From Patellaria atrata CBS 101060 (Eukaryota): a stretch of 44,031 nt of DNA. The stretch lies in NCBI GenBank assembly GCA_010093705.1, contig MU006089.1:1614455-1658485 (forward strand), written 5' to 3'. Below, one piece after another: positions 23,281 through 36,606 of this stretch. A program made the translations under genes and the position numbers. The notes beneath the pieces were generated by a model, which saw only the letters and a list, made by a program, of their open reading frames with translations, was not told where the DNA came from and did not search any database. The stretch's first letter is position 1; each line of letters opens with the position of its first letter.

Positions 23281-23939
23281 AGGTAGGTGTTTAAGTTCGT
23301 GATATTAGATACACAGGACTAAAGGATTGGGCTGACAACCCGTGGTAGGATACGGTGGTGATGGCGGTAATGACACTCGAGGGGATTCAGACTCGATTCA
23401 CGAAGACAAGCAAGAGCAACAAACCGTTGGATATCGCAAGTGGGGAACCAATGCCACAATTACCCTTCCTAGCTACATTTATGCCTTCGATTTCCATATC
23501 TATGCAATGCTCGCAACATCTTACCATTGCTTCCTACTATCCATTGTTCCTCTCTCAGTCGATACGCCAGCATATATGATAATACCAGCTTGACCTCGCC
23601 GAAACTTACCTTTCCCCATCCTAGGCTGCCACAAATGCTACAGCAGGGACCATGTCATCCCTCATCCATTCCAAGTCAAGTCATCGAAGACATCCCATCT
23701 TGGCCAGAAGCGCAATCTTCATTGTCACATGCGACCGCCACTCCAGCCAGAAACGCCAGGTACAGAAAACAGGGGGCAAAATAGGGGGAACAAAAATGCA
23801 CCGGAAGTATGAGGCGATGAGGGAAATACAACGCAGCGCAGGAATCGGAGAAGACTCTCTACCCCAGCTCTCCAAGTTTACAGTGTAAACCTAACGGTCG
23901 ATCGAATCTTCAGTGCGGTAGGAATTCATGAACTCGCCT

Positions 23940-26900
23940 TTATGTTGGATGACCGTTTGCGGCTTGTTGCTGGGCTTGAGCCTGAGCATGAGCCGCTGCT
24001 TCGGCTGCTGCTTGAGCTTGTGCTTGAGCTTGGGCGAGGGCGAGTGCTTGTACGGCCTGCTGTTCGACTTCTTGTGCGATTTGGAAGGCACCCTCGATAA
24101 CTTGCCGTTCTTCTGGATTGAGGTTTTTCGTAAGGCTCTCATAGAGCTGCGGCTGTTCCTGTTGTAATCCTGAAAAATGATTAGTATTAATAGTTTAAGA
24201 AGGGATGACATATGAAGTATACATACGCATCAATGAATTCCTAAACATGCCATACGGTTCGACCTTGTCGAGCGGTGTCTCTAGAAGTGATTCTTCCTCG
24301 AGATCACCATCGTCATCGTCAGCTACTGCAGTGAACTTCTGAGCCTCTTCATTCAAGAACTCCAGGTATGCAGCGCTCTCGTCTTTGACGTCTTTATCTG
24401 GCTCTTCAACTTCCTCGTTCCACTCACCGTCCGCTTCCCAATCTTCTTCCTCATCGTCGTCGTATTCGCCCGCATAATTGAAGTCATCTTCCTTGGTAGC
24501 TTCTTCACGGTTCTTCATAGCCGCTGGTAACGTCTGAAACAGGCGCACAATCCCCTGTAATAACCTAGGCCAGCCTTGCTGAACACTAGCAGGGACGTCT
24601 TGAGGTTGAAGAGTCAATAAAGAGGATATGGCAGCAATCGACAGTTTTTTATCATGGACACGCGTGAAGCTATCCATACTCGAAAACCAAAGGCTGAAGA
24701 ACTTATTGGTAAACTGATGTGCCTCCAAAACATGAAGTGCAAGGAGCGGATTATAGTAGATCGCATTGATGACCATTTCCATCAGATGTATCCGGTATGA
24801 CTTGACTTTGAGCTCATCGTTCGTGAGGATGACCATGGCGAGTTGGATGAATTCCGGTACATACGCATCGACATGACCGCGTAAGCTGAGCATGACTATT
24901 TCTGCGAGTTTGCAGCCGCATATCCGGTCAACACCACCAACCTTCTCATCGCGGAAGATGACCTGCACCATATCTACGACCGCGCCTAGATACGCTTTAT
25001 TCTGAATTAGGGTAGCAGAACCATATGAGACGAAGTTCTCTAGCGCCGGTAGCATGTCTGATCATGTTAGCAAGTCGGTGTACCATAGGGAGGATGTTAT
25101 TAATACCTTCAAGATATAGCTCCGCGCCCTGCTTAAATGTTCTGTGAATGAGTTCGAAAGCTTGCCACATAGTTGGTGATATAGTTTTCGCAGCAAAAGT
25201 ACAGCTATCGATTATCTCGAACACCTCATTATAGAGGTCTATGGTCGAGATTGTCAGAAATCAGATCACTGACACAAAAGGATAACTTACCATAGAGCTT
25301 GTTTTCTAGTGTTATTGTTATGACAGGCATAAGAATTGTCTCCAAGTGGAAAAGTACTTCAGGGGTACTCTCCAATGTTAGTATTAATGTTCCAATAGTC
25401 TGCAGAACTCCAAGAGCAGTGATGCTCTTATCATCCAAGAACTCCCCGTATGTGTCTTCGTCTTCCTTTTGTTGTTGGCGCTCAAGTAGCTCTCTGACAA
25501 TCCTCAGGTAGGTATCCCGAAGTTGTTGGCTAAGAGCAACTGCAAAAGGTGTAAGTTCTGCAGCAAAGACTTCGACAAAATCTTCCATCACGTTTGCTAG
25601 AGCGTCGACATCAACCTCATTGGCGAGTTTCAGTAGTTGCTGCATGATTTGCGGGATGTTTTGCTGCATATTGCTACGAATAATATCGTGTCGAATCAAG
25701 GGTTGCAAAGCTAGTGCCGCCTCAACCCTTACCGGAAGCTCTGTGTCAGCCATGGACTCTAAAATATTCCGGTAAATGATAATGAGGTTATTTTCATCCT
25801 TGAAATCAAGCTGCTCGAATTTTTCCAACGTGTCGCATGCTCTTGCTCGGAGGAAGCCGTGTGGACTTCTGAATTCTGGGAATACATGTCTTACAAAGAA
25901 ATATTCTACTTGATCCGCAATGGGGCTATTCTTCGACAGTATGACTGGTGCCAGTGTGCCAATCATTCTCAAAGCACCCTCTTTCTCTCTTGGATTCTTC
26001 TGGTCATCTGGGGCAGACTCATAATTGTTGACAATCCCGTTAACGAAATTAAGGACCGTATATGTCTGTTTTTTCCTGCTCTTTGTAAGGGACACGAGGA
26101 AATTGGTTGCTGCAACATCCGGGGAGGAAACTTCTTCATAATAATTCAACTTCCGATGCAGATACTCCTGAGGATCCGTTTCAAAAAGCTCGATGTCCTC
26201 GTCAGACTGGCACAGTACCGGAAACAGAAGATGAGAAATTAGGGTTTCCATATGAGGTTTAAGGTGGTTCCACATCGATTTCGGTTTTACACATTCGTCC
26301 AAATATGTCAACGTATACGACAGACAGCCCTTGCTTAACCAGATAGACTTTGCGACCCATTTTTCAATTTGTTGCAGGTACCCTTTGAGGATTTCAGGGG
26401 CAAAATTATCGATGAAATTCTTGGCAACCAGGGTGTAGTCCTCGGTATTGTTTTTGTTCAGGCTAGCGGGGTTACCGTATCTGCTCATATTTCGATTAGT
26501 ATTTAGGGTAGCCTAGAAGATATTGGTCGTTCATTACGTACCTCACGAAGAGACGATTAAGGTTCGCATACGCCCATTTTTTAGCTTTCCACCAATGATT
26601 CTTCTCTCGTTCATCCAGATCCTCGGGAAGCGAACACTCCGGAGGATCCTTTGCAACAATTCTCAAGAATAGAGTGCACCAGCCTACCATGACCTGTTGA
26701 TGCCGAAGAGGTACAGGAAGTTCGAACTAATATCAACTGTCAGAGCGACTAGGAGTGTGAGGTCGGACTAACTCACATATATAGCATGCTTATAAGCCTT
26801 CATTGTGATCCTCAGCATCTCGCCAGCTTCCAAGCTCGTTTCATCCACGAGTCTCGTTCCAATGTTTAATAGTTGAGGAAATGTGACCCCCACAATCCTG

Positions 26901-27531
26901 TCAAAGTCGGCTCTATTCTCCCCAGCTGCTTTGAAACGGTAGATCCGACATAAGGCCAGTAGACACTGCATGCCTGCAAATACCGAAGTGAAGTCTGGTG
27001 CATTGAGGAGTTGAAGTGTAATGTCCATAAAATCGGGCCATTTTTGCGGAAAATCGAAGGAGAGGATTTTCTGTAGCGTAGGGATAAGCTGGGCCCGTAT
27101 CTGAGGGTTTGCTGCGGCGAGTATAGGGACTATTCGATGTCTAATAATTGCTTTCTCATCCTCCGAGATAGGCTTTGCCCCAGAGAATTCCTGTTCCGCA
27201 GCCCAACCCTTCGTTACGCGGTTCTTAAGGTAGACAACCGCTAGTAAGAGCAATGTCAGCTACGGACCCCCATCAAGACTTTAGAGTGTCATACATGACA
27301 ATCGCACAGCATTTTCCTGTTCATTTTCGAGAATATTCAGCAGCGCGTCTGCAAATCCAGGTTTATCTTCTGCCTATGCGGTCTATCAATATTTGTCGTA
27401 GGGCTAACATGCGATATGGGGTCGATGTGGGGGGTACACACGTATTTGAGATGCAACTCGGCCTGCCGTCTAGTATCTGCATTGGGATCTAGAGTAGCTT
27501 GTATACGCTCTCTCAGACCAGCGACATCCAT
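23940..27531 (-). CDS. NMD5: Importin-7/8-like karyopherin beta (Nmd5/Sxm1 family); exons 27531-27442, 27373-27295, 27240-26777, 26726-26542, 26480-25291, 25238-25107, 25057-24227, 24169-23940
   Basis: IBN_N start (RRQAELHLK, VYLKNRV, DFPQKWP), WWKAKKWAYANLNRLF, HEAT repeats, FLRARAC, RVHDKKL, and an acidic C-terminal loop. Seven GT-AG introns join the ORF fragments in frame to a TAA at 23940-23942. Confidence 0.92.
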
Positions 27532-28126
27532 GGCGAGCTACGAAAGGGTTGGTTCGAGGGTGAACGGGTTATGTTCAAAAAGTGGTATGCACGGGACTGG
27601 AGAATGCTATGAACTCGAATTCTGTGATATTCTTGCCTGTCTAGAGGACCAAAAAGACGTGAGAAGCAGCATGTGCAAGAGAAACAGATGTAAAGACGCT
27701 TACAAAGCTAGAGAAAAATCTTATATTCTTGCAGCGATGTTGTGTTGTTGTTTTACAGCACAGTCGTTGATTCGAATATTGTCGGTACCTGGAGCAAGGG
27801 TCTGACTGCCAAGCACTCTTCAATTCACGATTTTCCCTATAAAAACCATCATTCTATACTATACCATGCTCTTTCAATCTCACCTCAGATCTATGCATCA
27901 TTAACTCGACCACTGGGTATAGGATTTTCGCACTTCTTATAGAGATTTTAGAGATTCTGACATTGGCATCTTTTCCTCTGAACGAGTAAATGATCACATC
28001 CTATCACCTGTTCGATTGTGGATTTGAACCTCAGTGTCTGATGTTTATGTATACCTCTGCCTAACCATAATGATTATATAAGCTCTAGCTATCCTAATGC
28101 ATGATCACTATCTTAAGCATCGCCCA

Positions 28127-31100
28127 TCACATGTAAAGTGATGCTGTCGCACATATATCACGCTTAATCATCTCCTGGCAGGTTTGCATCTTTGTGAACA
28201 GCGTCGGATCCCCTATGATCCTCGCCGCATTCTTAACCTCTCGACAAGTCTCATCTAATCGTGTAATGACACGGACGATTGTTCCCTCCATAACGTCTGT
28301 CAAGTCTGTGATGCGGTTGAAGGACATGCCGCGAGCCCACTCGTACACAACTTCGACCATACCAAACCGAGGTCGACTTACAAAGTCATTGGAGTCGTCC
28401 GCAGATAGGATGACCTGATGCAGTGTCTGTATGCTATTGACCTTTTCGGATATCTCTACGATCTTTGCTTGACCTCTCTCCAAGGCTGCATTTAAGGTTG
28501 GGGTAATGTCAGTCTTTTCCTGGAATACAAATGCTGAGAGCAAAGCGACGATTTCTTCAGGCTCATATTCTGCAAGAACATTCTCCAGGACCAATTCAGT
28601 GAGTACTAATTCATCGGCAGAGTGTATCTAAATAGTTATCATGTTAGTACCTGACGATGTTAGGTTTTGGGTTTTTGTTGGGGTTAGTTCTACCTCGCAA
28701 GCTACTTTGCCTTTGAGCTCTACTCTTGATTTTTCGTCAATGAAACCAAGGTCCTTCAGTACCGATATGCGTTGCTCATAATCAGGCAACAATTGGAGAT
28801 TTTGATCCGACATCAGCTGACGGAGTTGAGTGATGTTTTCTTTGATCAGCCATTCATCGTGTTGCATGGCAAACTATGGGGTAAACGTGGAGTTAGCGTG
28901 GTAATTTCATTTAAATGCATATCAATATATGATGACCCACATGCTGCTGGAACTTTGGGCATCGAAGACATTCTCGACTTTGGGCTTTGTCGGCCTCCCT
29001 GCTCCGTTCGTCTAGTATATTGCGGAATGATAATTCTTTAATCAGGCGCCAATCGAGTTCATCCCAATCGGTGTACTTCCAGGATTTACACAGTGGGATC
29101 AATTGGTCTTCGGCGACCTTTAACGCTTCTGGATCGTTCTCAGTCAGTTCCACTTCTCAGTCCCGTGTTTTAAGGAACCATACCTTGTCTATCCTTGGAG
29201 ATCTTCTGTGGTTGTGGACACTTGATGCTAGTCCGTGTAACACACTCCACGTCGCTCAGGCGCACGATTGATTCCTTCAGCCTCATCTCGGAAAACTTAT
29301 TGGGTAACGGCGAAAACATGTGCCCAAATTCAGGAAGATAAGGCAGCACGTCGCTGGGGCTACGCTTTTCGCTAGCGCTGATCTCCAGGACGTGGAGAAC
29401 AGGATCAACACCTCTACTAACGCCTTCTCGAAGAAGAATGCTTACTGCACGAATGCCATCCTAAAGCAATGTGAGCAAGGATCGTCGGACTCCGCATCAC
29501 GGTCATACCTTTTTGTACACTATCAGTCTTCGTACGTTGAACATGCGTCGGCCGACAGGAGATGCAAGGACAGCAAGGTGTAGCTCAGCGGTCAGTCGCT
29601 TCCAGTTCATGCAAGCCTGGTGGCAAACCTCTAGGTCGATGTCACAAATGTCACATGCTTCTCTCTTGATCTTCTCCAGGTCTGCTTCGGAAATTTTAAC
29701 GGCTTTCTCGTGTTCGGGCAACAGGGCTTGAGTGGCATTCTCGCTGAAGCTGCGCTTGATCATCTCCTCGATTTTCAATGCTTCCACCCTAAGTAGGTTA
29801 AGAATCATATTGTAGGTTAGCCTGAATTGCGAGCGTAGCTTTGTCGGATCTCCGAGAATCATCTGTCGTAAGGTCCCTGCTGGAGGTGCTTCGTCCGCCC
29901 CAGGCGTAACTATGATGACTGAGCCAACTGAGTCAAGCCCTCTGCGTCCAGCTCTACCTGCCATTTGCGTGTACTCGCCAGGTAATAGGTCACGGAATCC
30001 ACGTCCATCATGTTTACGGTATCCTGAAAACACAACTGTCCTTGTTGGTAGATTCAGGCCCATCGCAAAGGTCTCCGTAGCAAAGAGTACCTTGACCAAT
30101 GTCTTTGCGAATAGTATCTCGACCATCTCTTTTACTATTGGTAGCATTCCTCCATGATGTACAGCAATTCCTCGAGCCAGTAGTTCTCGCAATCGTCGAA
30201 TTTGTGGTAATACTCGATCCTCTGGCTTTAGACGGGCAATGGATTTCTCAATTAACATGTGAATTGCGCTCTTTTCCGTTGCTGTGCAGTAGTCTAGGTT
30301 CGACAATGCATCGGCATTTTCCTCGCACCGTTTCTTAGAGAAGACAAAGATACAGGCCGGAAGAAGCTCCTCTTTGCGAAGATGTTGAATAAGGTGAACC
30401 CAGATATTGCGATCTTGCGCAGCTGTTGTTCTTCCACCTCCTCGTCCTGTTCGCGCAATATTACCTCGGCCTCGTTGTTGAGTCCCAGTACCCCTTTGAG
30501 TCCCACCTCGTTGAGCTCCACCTCGTTGTTGGCCTCCTCTTTGTTGACCTCCCCTTTGCTGACCTCCTCTTTGCTGACCTCCACGTTGAGTTGTCGTACC
30601 TCGCCCAGAGTTTTGGCCTCCCCCCCGTGAACTTTGTGCATCTTCAACCGCTGGTGGTTTTACCTTATCTTTGCCGGTGATAGCATCATTTGCGTCCTTC
30701 CATCCAGATTCTATGAACTTTTTGTCAGCAGAAACAATCTTGTACATAGCTTTGTTTGCCCAAAGATAGTGTTCAAGCGGGACAGGACGTTTCGGTGTAG
30801 AGATGACGTAGATGTCCTTTTTCTTCGTCCTGCCAACCCACGAAGCGAATTCGTACGTATTTGGAACTGTAGCAGAAAGTAAAATAAGAGTAACATGCTC
30901 CGGCAGCATAATAATGACTTCTTCCCAAACTACACCACGTTCTAGGTCATTGACATAGTGCACTTCGTCAAATATGACGAATTCTACGTCGCGGATAAGA
31001 TCTGCTCCCCGATATAGCATACTTCTTAGAATTTCCGTAGTCATGATCAAACAGCTCGCTTCCGGTCTAATTTGCACGTCCCCAGTGAGGATTCCCACAT

Positions 31101-32262
31101 CGTCAAATTCGTTGCGGAAGTCCCGAAACTTCTGATTACTTAGAGCCTTGATTGGAGATGTGTATATAGCTTTTGTCATATGTTTCGCGGCAAGCGCAAT
31201 AGCATACTCTGCAACAACAGTCTTGCCTGCGGATGTATGTGCAGCAACGAAAACGGAGTCACCATTTTCAAGATGATAAACGGCTTCTTTTTGAAACGTA
31301 TCCAGTTCGAAAGGCCAAACTCTAGCCATTTCTGGAACCAACTCCTTGAAATTCATGATTTCTCGGTTGATATCAACCATGTGAGCCCATTCTCGACCGC
31401 CGCGTCTTGCAGATGATGATAATAATGGGCCGCGAGGAGCAAGAGCCGGGAACTCGACTGGAAGAAGACTGTCGATGTCTTCATCTCCTGTTTTCGTCTC
31501 GTCTGCAGCATCATCGCCGTCTAAAATAGGGTAATCATTGAGTTCTTGACCGTCCAAGTCATTGGTCGTTGTCGCTGGCTGGGGTTCCTCGTGCAGAGCC
31601 TTCTCAACATCATCAAATATACTTGGATCAAGTGTTGATTTCTTCTTGAAGTCAATTCCACGAGAAAACCCCGGCGGTACTTCCAGAAGTCCACCCTCAA
31701 CTCCAAAGTCAATGACTCGTTTTAGCCCATTCTTCTTCTGTGCACGTTCTTTTTCCAATCGTTGTAATGCTTCATCCTCAAGTGCAGCTACTGCTTCTAC
31801 CCCATCAAGTCCTCCAGGCGCGAATGGGAAGAATCCTGCTGCTCCCCGTACAAAATCGGCTCGATTGGCAGGTTTACGTAATAATGAAGTCGAATTCTTA
31901 GCATTCGCACTACTAGAAGGAACAGTGACTTCTTTATAGCCAGTTACTCGGCCCTCCAAGCCTTCTCGGGTGAAACGAATGATTGTGCGGGTTTGCGTCG
32001 GCGCGATGTCGAATAGGTCGATATACCTGGTGGGAGCATCCCATCGTTGCTGAAACTCATTGAGCCAACGAACACTGAAAGAAGTAGATGGGGTAAGTAA
32101 TTCTTGTTTCAGAGAATCCTTGAGCTCTTCCTTGGACCTTCGCGTACGTTTTCGGGGCCTCTGTTCAGAAAGATGTGAATCTATGTCCCATTCCGATGAT
32201 TGCTCGTCCCCCTCCGAAGCCTTGAGGCGTATCTTACTTAATGCTTCTGCGAGACCATCCAT
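28127..32262 (-). CDS. SKI2: Ski2 DExH RNA helicase (SKI complex); exons 32262-29509, 29460-29184, 29128-28941, 28873-28694, 28627-28127
   Basis: Ski2_N region (FVRGAAGFFPFAPGG), AHTSAGKT, SPIKALSNQK, DEVH, SAT, QMAGRAGRRG and the DSHCT end (IKRDICATASLYM). Four introns restore the frame. Confidence 0.96.
30490..30590 (-). repeat. Imperfect 15-bp coding tandem repeat encoding (QRGGQ)n in the RG-rich insert of Ski2
   Basis: Translates QRGGQQRGGQQRGGQQRGGQQRGGAQRGGTQRG; the units differ at synonymous positions. Confidence 0.85.
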
Positions 32263-32651
32263 CTGTATGGTATGAAAAGCGCCCCCAAGCGCATGCGGGG
32301 AGTATGTAGAGTTTGTGGAAGTGCTAATATGTAAATATGAAGTTAGATGACGTCGTCCCGCGGCAACGAATAACGTTAGATTTGGATGGATAAGCTTAAA
32401 TGTGTGGCCGCGACCTAAACGTGATCGACAGGTACAGCAAAAAGGTACTGTAACTAGATTGGGTTGATCAGGCCACTAACAGTCAATACTCATAATTTTA
32501 TATGGTACTAGAGTAGGTAACAAATAACGAGGTCATTCAATGTTTCATAATTTTCATCTCCATGAGCCCAACCGTCTCTAAAATCTGCTGATCACAGATC
32601 AAACCAAGGAAAACACCGCGCTATGCAAATGAACAGAATCAATAACTCAGT

Positions 32652-33579
32652 TTACCAAGGATCATCCATGCTTGCCAGAATTCCCATCTCATCATCGAAA
32701 TTCTCCTCTGACGGAGGACTCTGCGCTGACTGAAATCCTTTGTTCAAAGTTGGGACAGCTGTTGGGTCATTTCCCCACGTATCCTCCGCTAGTAGAGCAT
32801 CTAACTCGTCTTCGTCTGGCCCCGCTGAAGGTATACCGTTTATATCCGCATTCTTATCTTGCATAGAAGTACTTCTATCACCATCCATGCCAGGATCTAA
32901 TGCTCCAGACACGAGTGGTTCTGGACTGCGTACACCATCTCTTGATATATCTTCGTTATTCTCCTTTTCGACATCCTCGTCTTCTGATGCTTGTATAGGC
33001 TTCCCTTCGTCAATCCACTGTTTCCTCATGATTTGTAGTTGCTTGCTATGCCCCAATTTTTCTATCATCAAAAGACCGTCCGCAAATTTAGCTCGTGGGT
33101 AGAGATCGTCAAGCCATAACTGATAAGTATTCAAGAGTCGAGCGACGTCCGTGAACTAAATCCAAACTCTTGTTGTTAGAATACCATATTGAAAGAGATC
33201 AAACACAAAAGTACCTCGTGCCCTTTACCGCGAAACTTTAAGCGGTCTTTCGAAATCTTTCGCAGCTTCGGTATACCTGCTGGAGATAGTAATCTGATCG
33301 CAAGACCATGAGTTAAGTAGATATTCCCCATGGACAGATATTGGGTAGCGGGACAAACCTCGAAATATCAAGCTTCGCAGTAGGTTGCCTCTTCTTTGTA
33401 ATTGTGATCTCCTTGTCAATGCCCAAATTTGCGGTAGCATTTTGGGAGGCTATATCATCTGTAGATTTTCGGATGGGAATCACTTTTGATGGTGCATCCA
33501 AGTCCCTGAAAACCGCGTCCATCATCTCATCGTCATATTCGTCAAGCCCATCTCGTTCGGCGATGATCCCGGGTGCCAT
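32652..33579 (-). CDS. CSM3: Replication fork protection factor Csm3/Swi3 (Tipin family); exons 33579-33359, 33293-33215, 33155-32652
   Basis: The spliced product gives the Swi3 domain KRQPTAKLDISRLLSPAGIPKLR...[44 protein letters not shown] and an acidic tail with PDEDELDALL. Confidence 0.92.
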
Positions 33580-33684
33580 GTTGAATTCAATTATCTTCGT
33601 AGTCTCAATCAATATGGTCGATTATCAACTTGTAGTCGGTGTATGAGACTTTCTTTGAGACGATAAAAGCATATGGTGCAACTG

Positions 33685-33708
33685 ACGCGAGGCGCGACTC
33701 CATCGCGA
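33685..33708. promoter_or_regulatory. Cluster of MCB-like (CGCG) elements upstream of CSM3
   Basis: ACGCGA, GCGCGA and TCGCGA within about 25 bp, ~110 nt upstream of the ATG. G1/S (MBF) control of replication genes through ACGCG elements is established in ascomycetes. Confidence 0.55.
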
Positions 33709-34201
33709 CCGAGGTGGATGTTTTGCTTAGTAAAATCACGCTAGTGGGGCTCTAAAAGATTTAAGGTGTGGCTTAACTGTCCATGGCAACCTTGGCAATC
33801 TAGAGGCACCTCCACGAAAGAGCTCACCTAGTAACGTCGTCAAGAGCAGGTTCTACTTTATCATTATTGAATTTGCTTGATAATATGATTGCTTCAATGG
33901 GCTGCTCAGGTATTATTCATCTATGTCCTCACTGATCCCACTTCATCTACTCTCCGACCGACTCCGCTCCAACTCCACTTAGCTCAAACCTTAACTACGT
34001 GGTGAAGAGAAAAGAGATCGCGCAAACCACATCGGGCAAGGAAATCCACAGGTCGGGCTTCCAACAGATAGTTACTCTTACTGCTCAAGGAATCTTTATT
34101 GACTGGGTCCGTCTTAGCAAAACGGCGATATTGCGCAATACCTTACTGGACAATTGGAAGAAGGGAAGGATTTGGAAATAGTTTAAGGAGACAGACGTAC
34201 A

Positions 34202-36453
34202 ATGGCAATTCAAGTCATGCCTTCTGTTGGCGCTGCAACAGAAAGAATTCAGGAACTTCTTAGAAAGGCGCAAACGATCAAGAAGTCGTCAACAATTGAC
34301 CCTCCTCTTCCAGCTGCGGAATTTAGTGGACCCAATGGGCTTTATCTTGGAGAACATGTTGGGGATAGAAGTAGTCAGTATGCTGTTATTGAGACCGCTG
34401 CAAGAAGTTGCTTATACGAATTTGTGGTGAGTGAGGTTCTCTACACCCTTTTTTGATTTATTCTAACTTGATAGGCCTCAAGAACGATTGACCAGCCCTC
34501 ATTCGTGGAAGTATGGAATCTGTTAGACATAGTTCAAATATGCGGAGACAATGGTATAAACACTCCCAATGTTCTTCAAAGCACCCTTCTGATAATGAAA
34601 GGGCAATGCGATGGTGCCTTAGTATTATGGCTTGTTGAAGAGCTGCTTGATAGCCAAAGTATAGATGGCTGCAGAATCGTTTTCAACTACCTAGAATCGA
34701 GGAGGGAACGCATAATAGCGGTAAACCTTCCAGTTCATGGCTGATAACTGATCCTTCTCACTGACTCCTCATAGAAAGACTTTTTGAAGAACAAGAATCT
34801 GATTGTACTACGCTCATGCAATGAGCTGCTTCGTCGCCTATCCCGCGCCGAGGATGCTGTCTTCTGTGGTCGCGTTTTCATCTTCCTCTTCCAGAGCTTT
34901 CCACTTGGTGATAAAAGTTCCGTGAATCTCCGTGGAGAATTCCATGTTGAGAACGTGACAACTTTTGAAGATACTAGACCTGAGTCTACCACTCACGACG
35001 ATGTTATGGATGTCGACTCCAAACCCTTAGAAAGTGTTCTTTCTGCCGAAAAGATCGAGAAGGGTACGTCCTCTGAGGTACCTACAGTTACAGTCAATGC
35101 GAGCGATACGGCAGGTAGTGTGATACATAATAAAGATACAAAAGATGCTAGTAACAAGACTTTGGACGCTGACACTCTATACCCGAGATTCTGGGCCTTG
35201 CAACATGCTTTCTCGAACCCACCATTATTATTTTCTCAGGAATATCTTGAAGGATTCAAATCTGGGCTCGAAACTACGCTGGCAAAGTTTATGGAAGTAC
35301 CAAAGATCATACAGGCCAAAGCTAACGATTCCAAGAAAGGCACGAAGAGGAATCATACGGAAATGCGTGATGATTTCGCAAGTACCTTCAATCCAAAGTA
35401 TTTGACTAGCAAGGACCTGTTCATCCTAGAGGTTGGTGGTATGATGTATTTTCTTGAAAGTCACTTGGGCTAACGGAGGCGTAGTTGAGTGATTTGGCCT
35501 TCCAGAGGAATATTCTGGTTCAGGCCCTAATAGTTCTAGATTTCCTTCTCTCTCTATCGGAGAGGTCGAAGGAGAGGCTTTCAGGAGTGACTCAACAAAA
35601 GGCATTGCAATATCCATTCACCCTGAGTAAGGAAGATGTAAGTGGCAATGATTTGACACTCACTATCGCTTATCTGCTTACTGTTACACTAGACCGCATG
35701 GACGTTGGGCATGAAGGACGAGATCGCAAGATACCTCAACAAAGTGTCAGCGCGGGACGCGCGCGAACGTGAGGGGCCAATATATCATCGCATGGTCGAT
35801 ACGGTTCTCTCGCGGGACAAAAATTGGGTACGATGGAAGCTCGAGAATTGCCCGGGAATCAAACAACAGCCAGCTAGCGCCCAAGAATTCATAGATGCTA
35901 AGACGGGAGCAGAAAGAGTCTGTGCTACTAAGCGCTTGCGGGCGACGCCCATGGGATCAGTTGACTTGGGGTTTCTCGTTGATAGTGATATTGCAAACGG
36001 GATGGACAGATTGAAAGGGCCTGATAGGTAAGTTTCATATCTGGAGTAAAGGAAGGCGTTCGGGTTTACTGAGATACTCGTAGATATTCATTGCCGGAGG
36101 CGGAATCTTTCATCAAAGGGATCGCAGGGGATGACTTAGATTTAGAGATGGCAGTGGACGAAAAGGAGAAGGAGAGTCTGCAGGAAGCTAAGGTCAGTAA
36201 GACGTGGAGAACCTTACGCATAGCATACAAGACCAAACTGGGCATGTTCGACAAGATCGATGACGGCAAAGCATTGCAACGCCTCTTTCAACCGGAGGCG
36301 ATGGAAGAGGCAGTGAGAGACGAAGACGGCAACGAAGCTGCAGCGGAAGGCAGGGTTAATAATTCCGTGGCTGAACAGACAGGCCAGCAGGAGGAACAAC
36401 GGGCCGACCGAGCATCAGAGACACTAGAAGCTCGGGTCGAAGCAGGAACCTGA
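34202..36453 (+). CDS. HPR1: THO complex subunit THOC1/Hpr1; exons 34202-34426, 34475-34553, 34602-34720, 34775-35431, 35485-35637, 35693-36027, 36084-36453
   Basis: LRSCNELLRRLSRAEDAVFCGRVFIFLFQSFPLGDKSSVNLRGEF, FWALQHAFSNP, PKYLTSKDLFILELSD, RDKNWVRWKLENCP and WRTLR motifs. Six GT-AG introns keep the frame. Confidence 0.92.
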
Positions 36454-36606
36454 TGAAGCATCCTCAACATGAAGCCTTCTAAGGGAATGCGCGCCTGTTT
36501 GAATGTACATATTAGTACATACAAATACAGGCGATAACTGAAACAGTACAGCGATGAAGTGGGGGGAGAACGAGCGCCCCTTTTTGTACGTCAACACCGT
36601 TTGTTC

